From Candidatus Aminicenantes bacterium (GTDB lineage: Bacteria > Acidobacteriota > Aminicenantia > Aminicenantales > Saccharicenantaceae): 64,000 bases of DNA. The stretch's first letter is position 1; each line of letters opens with the position of its first letter. This document shows positions 29,847 to 39,583 of the stretch, one piece after another. The notes beneath the pieces are model-generated. The model was not told where the DNA came from. It did no database searches and saw only the letters and a list, made by a program, of their open reading frames with translations. A program made the translations under genes and the position numbers. The stretch is from positions 1,163-65,162 of the forward strand of contig PNJE01000007.1 of NCBI GenBank assembly GCA_002877915.1. The letters are read 5' to 3'.

Positions 29847-30803
29847 TTAAACTCTTTCCCGCCAGTAATTCAAAAGATCAAGGAGTGACTGCTTAATATT
29901 AATTTGTGGCTTCCACCCGGTAAGCTTTACCAAGCGGCTATTGTCAGCTAAAAGAATAGGTGGGTCGGCTGGCCGCAGACGTTTTTCCTCTGTTTCTAAG
30001 ACTATCTTAGCTCTGGTCATTCCTAATAAGATTTTGAGAATTTCATTTCCAAACCAGGCCTGTCCAGAGCCAAGGTTATAAGCTTCTCCTTCTTCGCCTT
30101 TTTCAGAAATCAACCACAAGGCCTTAACTAAATCCCGGATATCAGTATAGTCCCTTTTATTCTCCAGGTTGCCACAGTAAAGGATTGGTTCTTTTTTCTT
30201 TTTTTCAATTTCAGCCACTTGCTTGGCCAGATTCGAGGCGAAATAATATTCTGGCTGCCTCGGACCAATCGCGCTGAAAAGACGGGCTCTGATAATCTTC
30301 AGGCCATAGCTTTTGAAATATTGAAACCCCAACATATCCTGAGCCGCCTTGCTTATTCCAAAAGGATTTAACGGCCTGAAAAGCAAAGTTTCTTTCATTG
30401 GCAGTTCATCAGAAAAGGCCAGACCATAAGCTTCGCCGGCCCCGGCAATTATAGTTCGGGGATTAAAGCGCAGTTCTCTCAGAGCTTCTAACAAATTAAC
30501 CGTTCCCAGAATATTGACCGAAAGGGTTTCAGCTGGCAGGTTCCAGGAGGCTCCGATGGCATTTTGCCCAGCCAGATGAAAAATCCGATCTGGCCGAACT
30601 TCAGATAAGACGTGGAGAATAGAGGTTAAATCTTTCAGGTCTCCTTCTAAAAATTTTATTTTATCAGCGACCCTGGATAGGTTCTGGAGAGAAGTCCGTG
30701 GTCGAACGAGGCCGTAAAGCTCGACGTTCTGAATATTAAAACTGATATAATCTGCTAAGTGGCTTCCAATGAAACCTGAAATACCTGTTATGAGAAGACG
30801 CAT
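29847..30803 (-). CDS. NAD-dependent epimerase/dehydratase family protein (Rmd/Gmd-like nucleotide-sugar reductase)
   Basis: N-terminal TGISGFIGSHL Rossmann motif and a YxxxK region; 318 aa. Confidence 0.6.
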   Translation of the reverse strand: MRLLITGISGFIGSHLADYISFNIQNVELYGLVRPRTSLQNLSRVADKIKFLEGDLKDLTSILHVLSEVRPDRIFHLAGQNAIGASWNLPAETLSVNILGTVNLLEALRELRFNPRTIIAGAGEAYGLAFSDELPMKETLLFRPLNPFGISKAAQDMLGFQYFKSYGLKIIRARLFSAIGPRQPEYYFASNLAKQVAEIEKKKKEPILYCGNLENKRDYTDIRDLVKALWLISEKGEEGEAYNLGSGQAWFGNEILKILLGMTRAKIVLETEEKRLRPADPPILLADNSRLVKLTGWKPQINIKQSLLDLLNYWRERV

Positions 30804-30992
30804 TTATTTCTCCTTGGATCATAAGGCTGGTTAACTTTCAATCCATTTTATTAGATTTTATATATAATGTAGCCCCACTGTCAATTGCACCATCATTTCT
30901 TAATCCGAAATGGCCCGCAGTCAGGTGCGCAATAAATCTTATGCCAGGCAAATGAGAGCCGCTTGATAAAGCTGGCCAAAAGGAAGCTGAGG

Positions 30993-33188
30993 CTAAAAAT
31001 TAAATCCTCCGAGTAAATCAGAAGTTCGGCTGATATTCCCCAATCCGATTGAAAATTTAAATTGGGTTTCCGGCCGGCTACGATAGTAAAAAACTCTCAA
31101 ATCGAAGCTGAAATCCAGACATTGATAATGGTAAATGCCAGCCAATCCAGTGTAAAGAAGTTTTTTGGCCTGAAAATCGTATTCAATCTGAGCTTTAAAT
31201 TCTATTTTCTCCGGCCAGCGAAAACTTCCCTGCCAGCCAATTTGGTTGCTGCGGAAAAAACTATTTAAGGCCAGGACCTGATAGCTCTTTGACCAATTGA
31301 GGCTGAAGAAAAAATTATCCTCGGGAGCGCCATAATTGGTGCTTAGCCTGAAATTGAGGAAATTCTTTTCATAAGGGTTAAAGTCGGCGCTAACATCCAG
31401 ACTGAACTTGCCGTGTGGGTAATAGCGAAGAAAGGCGTTGAGAGGAGATAGATGTCTTTCTGGATTTAAAGGATAATAAAATTTTACTGGGCTGGTCTCA
31501 GGCTGGAAATATAGAATCTCTGAAACTCCCAAAGTCAAAATTTCGCGGAGAGAAGATTCGTCTTTTATCAGCAGATGCTGGGTAAGTCCGAATTTTAAAA
31601 AATCATCACGGTATAAACCCAAGGGAGAAATTATTCTGGAATAAGTTGATGGCTTCAGCCAGGTATCATAATTTAAAGAAAAGAACGGAATAAGCAAGTG
31701 TTTCAAGAAGGGCTCACCTTCTTTAAAAAAAATCCGGTAGAAAATAGGACCTTCCAGAGTGGAATTTAACCGGGCTTGCGAGGTAAATAGAGGATTATCA
31801 GTGCTGGTGGTAGTGCCCGGTTGATAGCTCTGGAAATAATAGGTAAAAATTCCGCCCGCGGATAAAGAAAGGTTAAGCCATGGAGCTGGGGAGAAGGGCA
31901 GGTTTAAATTCGGTCGGAAATAGGCATTCCCCTGGTGGCTGGTAGTTTCGGTTTGATCCGGGCTTTTCCAGGAATACCGCCAGTTACTTACTCCTGATTC
32001 CCAGGATAAATAAACGAAGGGGAAAAGACGGTACTTAAGCAAATTAAAAGAAGCCTGGGGTAAAAAAGCAGAAATCACCTGCTGGCCGGTTTGGGGAAAG
32101 AAAGTTTCAAAGCTGGAGCTTCTGAAGCTCAAGTTGAAATATGACCAGCTCTTGGAAAGGTTAAGCTGGTAGGAACAGTTGTCTACCGTCGCCAGACTGA
32201 AATTGTTCTCGAACTCTCTAAGAAAATTGAAGGAGCTGGATGAATCGACCTGGGCACTCAATCGAAAGCCAAATGGCAGGTTTTGCTGATGGTTGAGTCG
32301 AAGGAGATAAGCTGGCTTCGGTGCTGAACCGGTTTCATTTTTCTGGAAAAAAAAGACATAAGCCTTGATTTCTCCGCGGGTATCGGAGGGAAGAAGGTAA
32401 CGATATTCTAAGCCAGTTCCAATACCCTGTCGGCTATAATAATCCCCGGTTAAGGTTAGGTCAGTATTGCGGGAAATTGGCCAGTAGAAGCTTTCGCTTA
32501 GAGAAAATCCTTTCACCTGGTTAAAGCCCAGCTGAGGGAAAAGGAATCCAGTAGCCCTTTCTTTCAGAGGATAGCGAATATAAGGAATATACAATACGGG
32601 TAAGTTTTTTATTCGCAAAACGGCTCGGTTCAGGATCAGGTAATCTTCTGGTTTGAGATTAGCCCGGGCAAACTGGAACGACCATCGAGGCACAGGCTGA
32701 GTGCAGGTAGTTAACCAGGCATTTTCTAAACTATATACCTCACCACTCGTTTTATTTATAGTTCTGGCTCCAAAAAGGAGATTGGGCCTGGCTATCGCCC
32801 GGACCTTTTCCATCTTCCCTTCTCTGGTTTTAAGATTAAAAATTAATCGTTCACAGACAATGATTTCCGATGGCCATTGTAGGGTAACATTTCCTTCCGC
32901 GGTTACCTCGTAAGAAGAAGTGTCGACTTCGAGTTGATCAGCCAAGAGAGTTAAATTCTGAAAATGTAGCTCAACCTCTCCCGAGGCTATAAACATCTCT
33001 CCTTTTTTTTCTTGGTGGCGAGCCCAGAGCCTGATCGTCTCATCGGTTGAGGGCTTGATTTCACTTGTCTGAGAGAAAAGGCCAGTAGATAGGATGAAGA
33101 GGAGAAAAAAACGAAAGAAAATGGAACCTTTCTGATTGACTGATAAGCGGATAGCGTCAAGATGCATGATTGTTTTTTTAATATACAA
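30993..33188 (-). CDS. lptD: LPS-assembly protein LptD (OstA family)
   Basis: Signal peptide, an OstA N-terminal beta-jellyroll (ASGEVELHFQN..LLADQLEVD...AEGNV), then a large C-terminal beta-barrel ending ...GGFNF. Confidence 0.8.
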   Translation of the reverse strand: MYIKKTIMHLDAIRLSVNQKGSIFFRFFLLFILSTGLFSQTSEIKPSTDETIRLWARHQEKKGEMFIASGEVELHFQNLTLLADQLEVDTSSYEVTAEGNVTLQWPSEIIVCERLIFNLKTREGKMEKVRAIARPNLLFGARTINKTSGEVYSLENAWLTTCTQPVPRWSFQFARANLKPEDYLILNRAVLRIKNLPVLYIPYIRYPLKERATGFLFPQLGFNQVKGFSLSESFYWPISRNTDLTLTGDYYSRQGIGTGLEYRYLLPSDTRGEIKAYVFFFQKNETGSAPKPAYLLRLNHQQNLPFGFRLSAQVDSSSSFNFLREFENNFSLATVDNCSYQLNLSKSWSYFNLSFRSSSFETFFPQTGQQVISAFLPQASFNLLKYRLFPFVYLSWESGVSNWRYSWKSPDQTETTSHQGNAYFRPNLNLPFSPAPWLNLSLSAGGIFTYYFQSYQPGTTTSTDNPLFTSQARLNSTLEGPIFYRIFFKEGEPFLKHLLIPFFSLNYDTWLKPSTYSRIISPLGLYRDDFLKFGLTQHLLIKDESSLREILTLGVSEILYFQPETSPVKFYYPLNPERHLSPLNAFLRYYPHGKFSLDVSADFNPYEKNFLNFRLSTNYGAPEDNFFFSLNWSKSYQVLALNSFFRSNQIGWQGSFRWPEKIEFKAQIEYDFQAKKLLYTGLAGIYHYQCLDFSFDLRVFYYRSRPETQFKFSIGLGNISRTSDLLGGFNF

Positions 33189-33436
33189 TTAATTTCTGTC
33201 TCCAGACAAGTCAAACTATCTATCGGTGGCCTATTTATCAATCGCATGAGGAAGCGAAAATAAAGAATTAGCTTGCCCTGAAGCCGATTTTAATTTGAAT
33301 CGGCTGCCCTGGTTCGGTTCATTTTTAACGCTTTGCCGGTGGATTTTTGTTCTTTATTAAAATATAATTTTAAAGGCGAAGTGATTAAATCTATCATTTT
33401 AGTTTGAGCCCGGGAATTTTAAAAAGGTAATATTAA

Positions 33437-34714
33437 TTGAAATATAAGATAAATTATTGGGGCCAGCAGGGAGTGAAATTAAAAAGATTTAAGCTATTAT
33501 TATTCACTTCGATTTTTTCCGGCCTGATCTTTTTACTCATTTCTTCACGTTTGCCGGCGGAAACCTGGAAAGCCCGGGAGATGCGCCTGGCCTGGGAGCA
33601 GGCTGCCTTGAGATTCGGACCACTCAAGCTCCAGCCAGCCATCTTTATTCGGGAGGCTGGTTATGATACCAATATTTATTATCAACCTCAGCCGGTTTCT
33701 GATTTTTGGCTGACTGCTGGGCCAGCACTCAATAGTTATCTGATGGTAAAAAGAAAGATAATTGTTCACTTTTTTGAATCTCCCCAGTATGTTTTCTTTT
33801 TAAAAACCAAAAGAGAAAGGACTTGGAATAATTATTTTAATGGAGATGTCTCCCTTAGCCTGAATCGTATTCTTCTTACTGTCGGGGGAAGCCTAAATAG
33901 GGCCAGAGAACGCTGGAATACGGAAATTGATATCCGGCCTCTTCGGAAAGAGGAAAGTGGCTTTATATCCCTTCTTTATCAAAAATCGTATCGCTTTTCC
34001 TTTGAACTTAATTTGCGGAAAATAAATTATAATTATGAAAGCATTGAATATGGGAACATTAATATCCATGACCGGCTGAGTCATTTGGAGAATTACTTAA
34101 GCGGAAAAATGTATTATCGCTTGAATCCCCGGATTCAGTTCTTCCTGGAAGGAGAATGGGGGAGCTACGATTTCACCAGCCCGAACAGTCTGGGCGATTC
34201 CAGAAGCCGAACTCTGTATTCAGGATTTGAGTTCTCTCCGGCAGGACGAATACGTGGCCAGATCAGGATTGGTTATAAAAAGTTCGAAACTCTATCTCCG
34301 GGGATGCCTGACTTTAAAGGGCTGGTTGGAGATACCTCCGTCAGCTGGGAAATAATGCGCCCGGTTACTTTGAGGGGAAGTTTCCGTCGAGATGTCAATT
34401 TTTCTGTCTGGTATGATAATCCTTTTTACTTAGGAACCAGCTGGTCAGCCGGCGGTTCATTTTATTTTTTAAGAAGAAGATTTCGCTTAGATTATACTTT
34501 TAGCCCAATAAGAAATAATTACCCCCTCCCCAGCAGTCCGGGCTCCGAAACAAGGTTGGATAGATATATTTTGAATTCTGTTGGTCTATATTATAGAATA
34601 AAAAAAAATATCGGGTTGGGACTGTTGGCCGGAAGCTGGAAGAGGCGGATGAACGTCTTAAATTGGAATGCTGACCGAAAGTTTATTGGACTGGATTTAA
34701 CTTACGATTTTTGA
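33437..34714 (+). CDS. Hypothetical outer-membrane beta-barrel protein, first gene of the polysaccharide-export locus (EpsL-like?)
   Basis: Signal anchor, about 390 aa of amphipathic beta-strand pattern, and terminal ...LDLTYDF. Its stop overlaps the wza start. Confidence 0.4.
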   Translation: MKYKINYWGQQGVKLKRFKLLLFTSIFSGLIFLLISSRLPAETWKAREMRLAWEQAALRFGPLKLQPAIFIREAGYDTNIYYQPQPVSDFWLTAGPALNSYLMVKRKIIVHFFESPQYVFFLKTKRERTWNNYFNGDVSLSLNRILLTVGGSLNRARERWNTEIDIRPLRKEESGFISLLYQKSYRFSFELNLRKINYNYESIEYGNINIHDRLSHLENYLSGKMYYRLNPRIQFFLEGEWGSYDFTSPNSLGDSRSRTLYSGFEFSPAGRIRGQIRIGYKKFETLSPGMPDFKGLVGDTSVSWEIMRPVTLRGSFRRDVNFSVWYDNPFYLGTSWSAGGSFYFLRRRFRLDYTFSPIRNNYPLPSSPGSETRLDRYILNSVGLYYRIKKNIGLGLLAGSWKRRMNVLNWNADRKFIGLDLTYDF

Positions 34715-35664
34715 AAAAAATAAGCCTTAAAAGGATAGTTATAGGAGAACAGATGGTCGGGAAAAAAGGCAGTTTTTTTCTTTTTATATTCTTATGTTTT
34801 TTTCTGATAATTTCTGCTCTGGTTGCTGTAGCCCAAGAAAAGCAGCCGAGTACTCCAGTTTCTTCTCAGCCGGAGAATCAATCTGAAGCCCGCGATTATT
34901 TTGTCAGAGAATATGTGGTCGGGCCCCGCGACTTGCTGGAAATTAAAGTTTTTGAATTACCTGAGTTTGACCATACGGTCAGGGTTTCTGAAGATGGCTC
35001 GATAACCCTTCCCCTCCTGGGCAATGTAAAAGTGGGTGGACTAACCAAGGATAAAATAGAAAAGAAGTTATCCGAAGAACTGGAAAAATATGTCAAGAAG
35101 GCCCAGGTTTCTGTATTTATAAAAGAATACCAAAGCAGCCAGGTAGCAATTATCGGGGCGGTAGAAAAGCCAGGAATGTATGAGCTGGTAGGCCGGCAGA
35201 CCCTTTTGCAGATGATTTCTCAAGCTGGCGGCTTTAAAGAAAATGCCGCTAATGAAATTTATGTCCTTCGGGAAGGACAGGATGGGAATACCGCTTCGAT
35301 TGCCATTGATCTTGAGGATCTTTTGCTCAACGGCAATCAAAAGCTGAACATACCTATCTACCCAAATGATGTCATTAATGTGCCGGTCGATCGATTAATT
35401 ACCATCTATGTATTTGGGGAAGTCCGTAACCCAGGGGCAATTCAAGTTAAAATATCTCAAAAAGTTACCTTGCTTCAGGCGATCGCCCAGGCTGGCGGCC
35501 TTAGTGAGAATGCTTCCAAAAGAGGAGTCATAATTAAAAGGAAGGATAAAAGCGGGAAAGAGATTAATATGCAGGTCAATTTGAATGATATAATCAAAGG
35601 CAAGAAAAAAGATATTTCTCTTAAGGAAGGCGATGTGATAATAGTAAAAGAAAGCATTTTTTAA
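34711..35664 (+). CDS. wza: Polysaccharide export protein Wza/KpsD family (Poly_export plus SLBB domains)
   Basis: YVVGPRDLLEIKVF...DGSITLPLLGNVKVGGLT and repeated SLBB-like segments. The likely true start is M15 (34753), before the signal peptide. Confidence 0.8.
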   Translation: MKKISLKRIVIGEQMVGKKGSFFLFIFLCFFLIISALVAVAQEKQPSTPVSSQPENQSEARDYFVREYVVGPRDLLEIKVFELPEFDHTVRVSEDGSITLPLLGNVKVGGLTKDKIEKKLSEELEKYVKKAQVSVFIKEYQSSQVAIIGAVEKPGMYELVGRQTLLQMISQAGGFKENAANEIYVLREGQDGNTASIAIDLEDLLLNGNQKLNIPIYPNDVINVPVDRLITIYVFGEVRNPGAIQVKISQKVTLLQAIAQAGGLSENASKRGVIIKRKDKSGKEINMQVNLNDIIKGKKKDISLKEGDVIIVKESIF

Positions 35665-35680
35665 AAAAGAGGGGCAGAAG

Positions 35681-37885
35681 ATGAATGACAACAATATTGA
35701 ACCCCAGGCCGATGAGATCGGCGAAATAGATTTAAAAAAATATTTAGATATCCTGCTTCGGCGGCGCTGGACAATTATCTCTGTCACCGTCATAGCGGTG
35801 GTAATCTCCTTGTTGATTTCCTTGGTTACTCGACCGATGTATACAGCCCATGGGACAGTGATGATTGAAAAAGAACCAAATATTTTAAGCTTTGAGGACA
35901 TTTTCCAGATAGAAACTTTTCGAGATGATTATTTCCAGACCCAATACAAGCTTCTCCAGAGTCGCAGTCTGGCTGAGAGAACTATCGATAAACTGAAACT
36001 ATGGGAAAAAACAGATTTTTCGGGAAACCGTCCATTAACTTCTGAAGAACTGAAGGATCCCCGGATCAAGCAAAAAATGATCGATCGCTTCCTGAGCCGC
36101 CTTGAAGTTAAGCCTGTTAGGATGACCAGGTTGGTGGAGGTGACTTTCTCGGCTCATGATCCAGCTCTGGCCAGTGAGTGTGTTAATACCCTTTTTGATT
36201 CCTTTGTGGATATGAATATTGAAACGAAATCAGAAGCCACCGAACAGGCGACTGAATTTTTGAGCCAGCAGATTAACGACTTGAAAAAAGAAATCAGCCA
36301 GAAGGAACAGGAATTGCAGAATTACGGCCAGGAGAAAAATATAGTCATCCTGAGCGATAAGGAAACGACCATCCTGGATAAATTGAACGAGGTAAACAAA
36401 GCCCTGACCGAAGCCCAGATTGATCGGGTTCGGAAAGAAGCTTATTATAACGAAATAAAAAATGCCTCCCCTGATTTTATTCCAGAAGCCTTAAGTAATC
36501 CTCTTATTCAGAGGCTGAGAGAAGATTATCTTAAATTGAGCCGAGAATATGCCAAAATGCAGGAACAGTTTCAGCCTGAATATCCTGAGATGCAAAGATT
36601 GAAGGCTGAGCTGGATACGGCCAGAGATTTGCTTAAAAATGAGACAGAAAACCTGGTCAAGGCCGCCTATTCTGAATATCAAGCTGCCCTGAAGAAAGAA
36701 AATTCTCTTCGCGACCTTTTTGAACGGCAGAAAGAAGAGGCTTTTCGGATGAACTCAAATGCCATTCTTTACAATAGCCTCAAAATAGAGATAGAGAATA
36801 GAAAAAATCTTTTAGAGTCTCTGCTAAAAAGGCAAAGCGAAACCGGTGTTTCTGCCAGATTAAAGGGATTAAGAACCTCCAATATTCGGGTGGTAGACCG
36901 GGCTGATATACCCATCAGACCATCCAGCCCGAAAAAATTCCGGAATTTGTTATTAGCCCTTTTCTTAGGGCTTTTTGGTGGAGTCGGACTAGCTCTGGGA
37001 ATGGAATATTTAGACAATTCAGTTAAATCGGTGGAAGATGTCGAACGCTATTCAGGTTTGCCGACCCTGGGAGTAGTGCCAGCTTTCGGAGACAATTCTG
37101 GAAGCTATGGGCATTATTATGCTTATCATTCCTCTGAAAGCCGGTCGAAGAGAAATAAATCTGAAAAAAAAGACACCAAGCAACAAGAAGAAGTTACCAA
37201 CATTGAACTCACTAGTCATTTTGCCCCGGAATCCGTTTTCGCCGAAAGTTACCGCTCTTTGAGAACAGCTCTTCTTTTATCGGCTCCCCAGGGCAGCCTG
37301 AAGATGGTAATGATTACCAGCCCATTGCCGGGCGAAGGCAAGTCTACTACCATCTCCAACTTGGCTATCAGCTTAGCTCAAATGGGTAAGAAAATCCTGC
37401 TGATAGATGCCGATTTGCGCCGGCCGAATCAGCATCATAATTTCAATATTAAAAATAATAATGGATTGACCAATTATCTGGCGATGGATTTAGAAATAGA
37501 GAAAATAATTAAACCGACCATGGTTCCATCTCTTTACCTGATTAATTCTGGGCCAATTCCTCCCAACCCGGCGGAGCTTTTGAGTTCGGATAAAATGAGC
37601 CAGCTATTGTCAAAGGTAAGAGAGCAGTTTGATTTTATTTTGATAGATACGCCTCCAATTTTGGCCGTCACCGATGCTCAAATTTTAGGACGTTTAGTGG
37701 ATGGTCTGGTTCTGGTGATCCGAGCCGAGACGACTCCCCGGGAAGCCCTGCAGCAGGCGAGGGAACTGATTGATTTATTGAAGCTTAAGACCTTCGGGGT
37801 AGTGGTCAATTATTTAAATTTGAACCATAGGGGATATTATTATCGTCATTATTATCGTCACTATTACAAAGAATATAGAAGGTGA
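35681..37885 (+). CDS. wzc: Fused polysaccharide co-polymerase / BY-tyrosine kinase (Wzc-type)
   Basis: N-terminal Wzz domain with 2 TMs and a long coiled-coil. C-terminal Walker A SPLPGEGKSTT, Walker A' LLIDADLRRP, Walker B ILIDTPP, and a C-terminal Tyr cluster RGYYYRHYYRHYYKEY. Confidence 0.85.
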   Translation: MNDNNIEPQADEIGEIDLKKYLDILLRRRWTIISVTVIAVVISLLISLVTRPMYTAHGTVMIEKEPNILSFEDIFQIETFRDDYFQTQYKLLQSRSLAERTIDKLKLWEKTDFSGNRPLTSEELKDPRIKQKMIDRFLSRLEVKPVRMTRLVEVTFSAHDPALASECVNTLFDSFVDMNIETKSEATEQATEFLSQQINDLKKEISQKEQELQNYGQEKNIVILSDKETTILDKLNEVNKALTEAQIDRVRKEAYYNEIKNASPDFIPEALSNPLIQRLREDYLKLSREYAKMQEQFQPEYPEMQRLKAELDTARDLLKNETENLVKAAYSEYQAALKKENSLRDLFERQKEEAFRMNSNAILYNSLKIEIENRKNLLESLLKRQSETGVSARLKGLRTSNIRVVDRADIPIRPSSPKKFRNLLLALFLGLFGGVGLALGMEYLDNSVKSVEDVERYSGLPTLGVVPAFGDNSGSYGHYYAYHSSESRSKRNKSEKKDTKQQEEVTNIELTSHFAPESVFAESYRSLRTALLLSAPQGSLKMVMITSPLPGEGKSTTISNLAISLAQMGKKILLIDADLRRPNQHHNFNIKNNNGLTNYLAMDLEIEKIIKPTMVPSLYLINSGPIPPNPAELLSSDKMSQLLSKVREQFDFILIDTPPILAVTDAQILGRLVDGLVLVIRAETTPREALQQARELIDLLKLKTFGVVVNYLNLNHRGYYYRHYYRHYYKEYRR

Positions 37886-37889
37886 ATTT

Positions 37890-38666
37890 ATGATCGATCT
37901 CCATTGTCATCTTTTACCCGACTGGGATGATGGACCCGAGTCGTGGGAAGAAGTAGAGAAAATGATAGAGATTGCCGCCAGCGATGGTATTACCAAAATG
38001 TGCCTGACTCCCCATTTTTTCCGTTTTTCCCGCTATAATGATGACCCTGCGGTTCTAAAATCCAGATATGATGATTTTAAAGAAAGATTTAAAGTCGAAC
38101 GGCGGATAGAGTTTTACCGGGGAGCAGAGATATTCATTCACCCTGACCTGGTCGCAGAGATCAAAAACAAAGAATTGAGTGTGAATGGCAGCGAATATGT
38201 GTTTATTGAATTTCCTTCAGACCAGGTTCCGGCTGGCGTCCGGGAACTTTTTTATCAGGTGATGTTGGCTGGCTATATTCCCATTATCAGTCATCCTGAG
38301 AGAAATAATATTCTAAATAGCCATCCTGAATTACTTTACGACCTGATTAACCGGGGGTGTTTAGCTCAAGTTACGGCCATGAGCTTGACTGGAGAATTTG
38401 GTTCTGAAGTCCAAAAGGCCGCTGAACTTTTCCTCAGGAATAACCTCGTCCACCTCATTGCTTCTGATGCTCATGATTCTCAGAGAAGGAAGCCGGTTTT
38501 AAGCCAAGCCGTCGAGATTGCCAGTAAAATTGTAGGCCGGGATAAAGCTGAGGCCATGGTTGGAGATATACCCCAGGCCATTTTAAACGATGATTTAATA
38601 CCGGACTGGGGTAAGCCGATTAATCCGGTGAACCGGAAAAAGTTTTTATGGATTTTAAAAAAATAA
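37890..38666 (+). CDS. cpsB: PHP-family protein-tyrosine phosphatase (CpsB/YwqE-type)
   Basis: N-terminal DLHCHLLP..DDG and further His/Asp metal motifs of the PHP fold; 258 aa. Confidence 0.8.
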   Translation: MIDLHCHLLPDWDDGPESWEEVEKMIEIAASDGITKMCLTPHFFRFSRYNDDPAVLKSRYDDFKERFKVERRIEFYRGAEIFIHPDLVAEIKNKELSVNGSEYVFIEFPSDQVPAGVRELFYQVMLAGYIPIISHPERNNILNSHPELLYDLINRGCLAQVTAMSLTGEFGSEVQKAAELFLRNNLVHLIASDAHDSQRRKPVLSQAVEIASKIVGRDKAEAMVGDIPQAILNDDLIPDWGKPINPVNRKKFLWILKK

Positions 38667-38722
38667 AAAAATAGCTTGCAATTTAAATAAAATTTGTTTA
38701 TATTTGAAAAAGGGAGGTTTAT

Positions 38723-39259
38723 ATGCTACGAAAAGAGATATTTCATTCGCCTTTCTTGTTAGGGATTACCATTATTTCCTTTATGCTGATTCTCCTTCCT
38801 CTGGAAAGCCTGGCCAGACCGGCAGCTCCTGTTGGGTCTGTAATTGGCTTCATTTATAGCAGCGATATGAAGACTCCAGTCCAAAATGCGGTGGTTAAGG
38901 TCCGTAACGTGGATGATGGTAAAGAATATGTCAGCACTCCAACTGATGCTACTGGTGCTTACAAAATTGACCAGATCAAAGAGGGCAAGTACATTCTGGG
39001 TGTCAGTGCTCCTGATGGGGATTACAACTTCCAGTATATTCTGATGATTAAGGGCGGGGAAATGGGAAAGCTTTCCCTGGCTCTAAAACCGGGAGAAGCG
39101 GCTGGGTTAGGGCAAGAAGAGACAAAATCTCCAGAAAAAGTATCGTTTTTCCGAACACCCTTGGGAATTGCTGTATTAATGGTAGCGACTACTCTGGCTC
39201 TTTATGGGACGTTTAAGCTGATCGAGGGTAAAGGAGAAGCTTCTCCGTCGAAGAAATAA
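38723..39259 (+). CDS. Hypothetical bitopic protein: N-terminal signal/anchor, carboxypeptidase-regulatory-like beta-sandwich, C-terminal TM helix plus Lys-rich tail
   Basis: VVKVRNVDDGKEYVSTPTDATGAYKIDQIKEGKYIL matches the CarbopepD_reg-like pattern. The terminal segment is PLGIAVLMVATTLALYGTFKL then KGEASPSKK. Confidence 0.4.
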   Translation: MLRKEIFHSPFLLGITIISFMLILLPLESLARPAAPVGSVIGFIYSSDMKTPVQNAVVKVRNVDDGKEYVSTPTDATGAYKIDQIKEGKYILGVSAPDGDYNFQYILMIKGGEMGKLSLALKPGEAAGLGQEETKSPEKVSFFRTPLGIAVLMVATTLALYGTFKLIEGKGEASPSKK

Positions 39260-39439
39260 TCTCCTTTTCCAAGGCCAAAAATTTCAATTAAAAAAGGAAG
39301 TTTAAAAAGGGGATTTTTATATTTTCTTTTAGATGTTTTCTAAAATAAGGCCATTACCTAATTGGAATTTTAGTAGACAAAAAATGTATAAAGCAGAAAA
39401 TTTAAGGTCTCAGATTGAACTAGTCTCTTAACGGCGCCA

Positions 39440-39463
39440 TTTATTGCCGGCTTAGGCAATAAA
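39440..39463. promoter_or_regulatory. Perfect 9-bp hairpin TTTATTGCC-ggctta-GGCAATAAA in the 324-nt gap before the Wzy-like gene
   Basis: Seen directly in the sequence. It is followed by A5 and, 10 nt further on, T5. It could be a terminator for the upstream gene or an operator. Confidence 0.25.
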
Positions 39464-39583
39464 AATCATAGCGTTTTTCCTTGTCCCCATTAATTAAGAA
39501 TTTTCTTCTTGATGATATGTTATTTCCTTGATAATCTGTTTAGAAGTCAAGAAGAATAAATACTAAAAATAAGATAAGCTAAA

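Noticed and set aside
38723-39259. Canonical PEP-CTERM sorting signal on the 178-aa EPS-locus protein
   Set aside because: The C-terminal TM plus basic tail fits the general shape. The defining Pro-Glu-Pro motif is absent, as the sequence has SPEK rather than PEP. I report it only as a sorting-signal-like tail.
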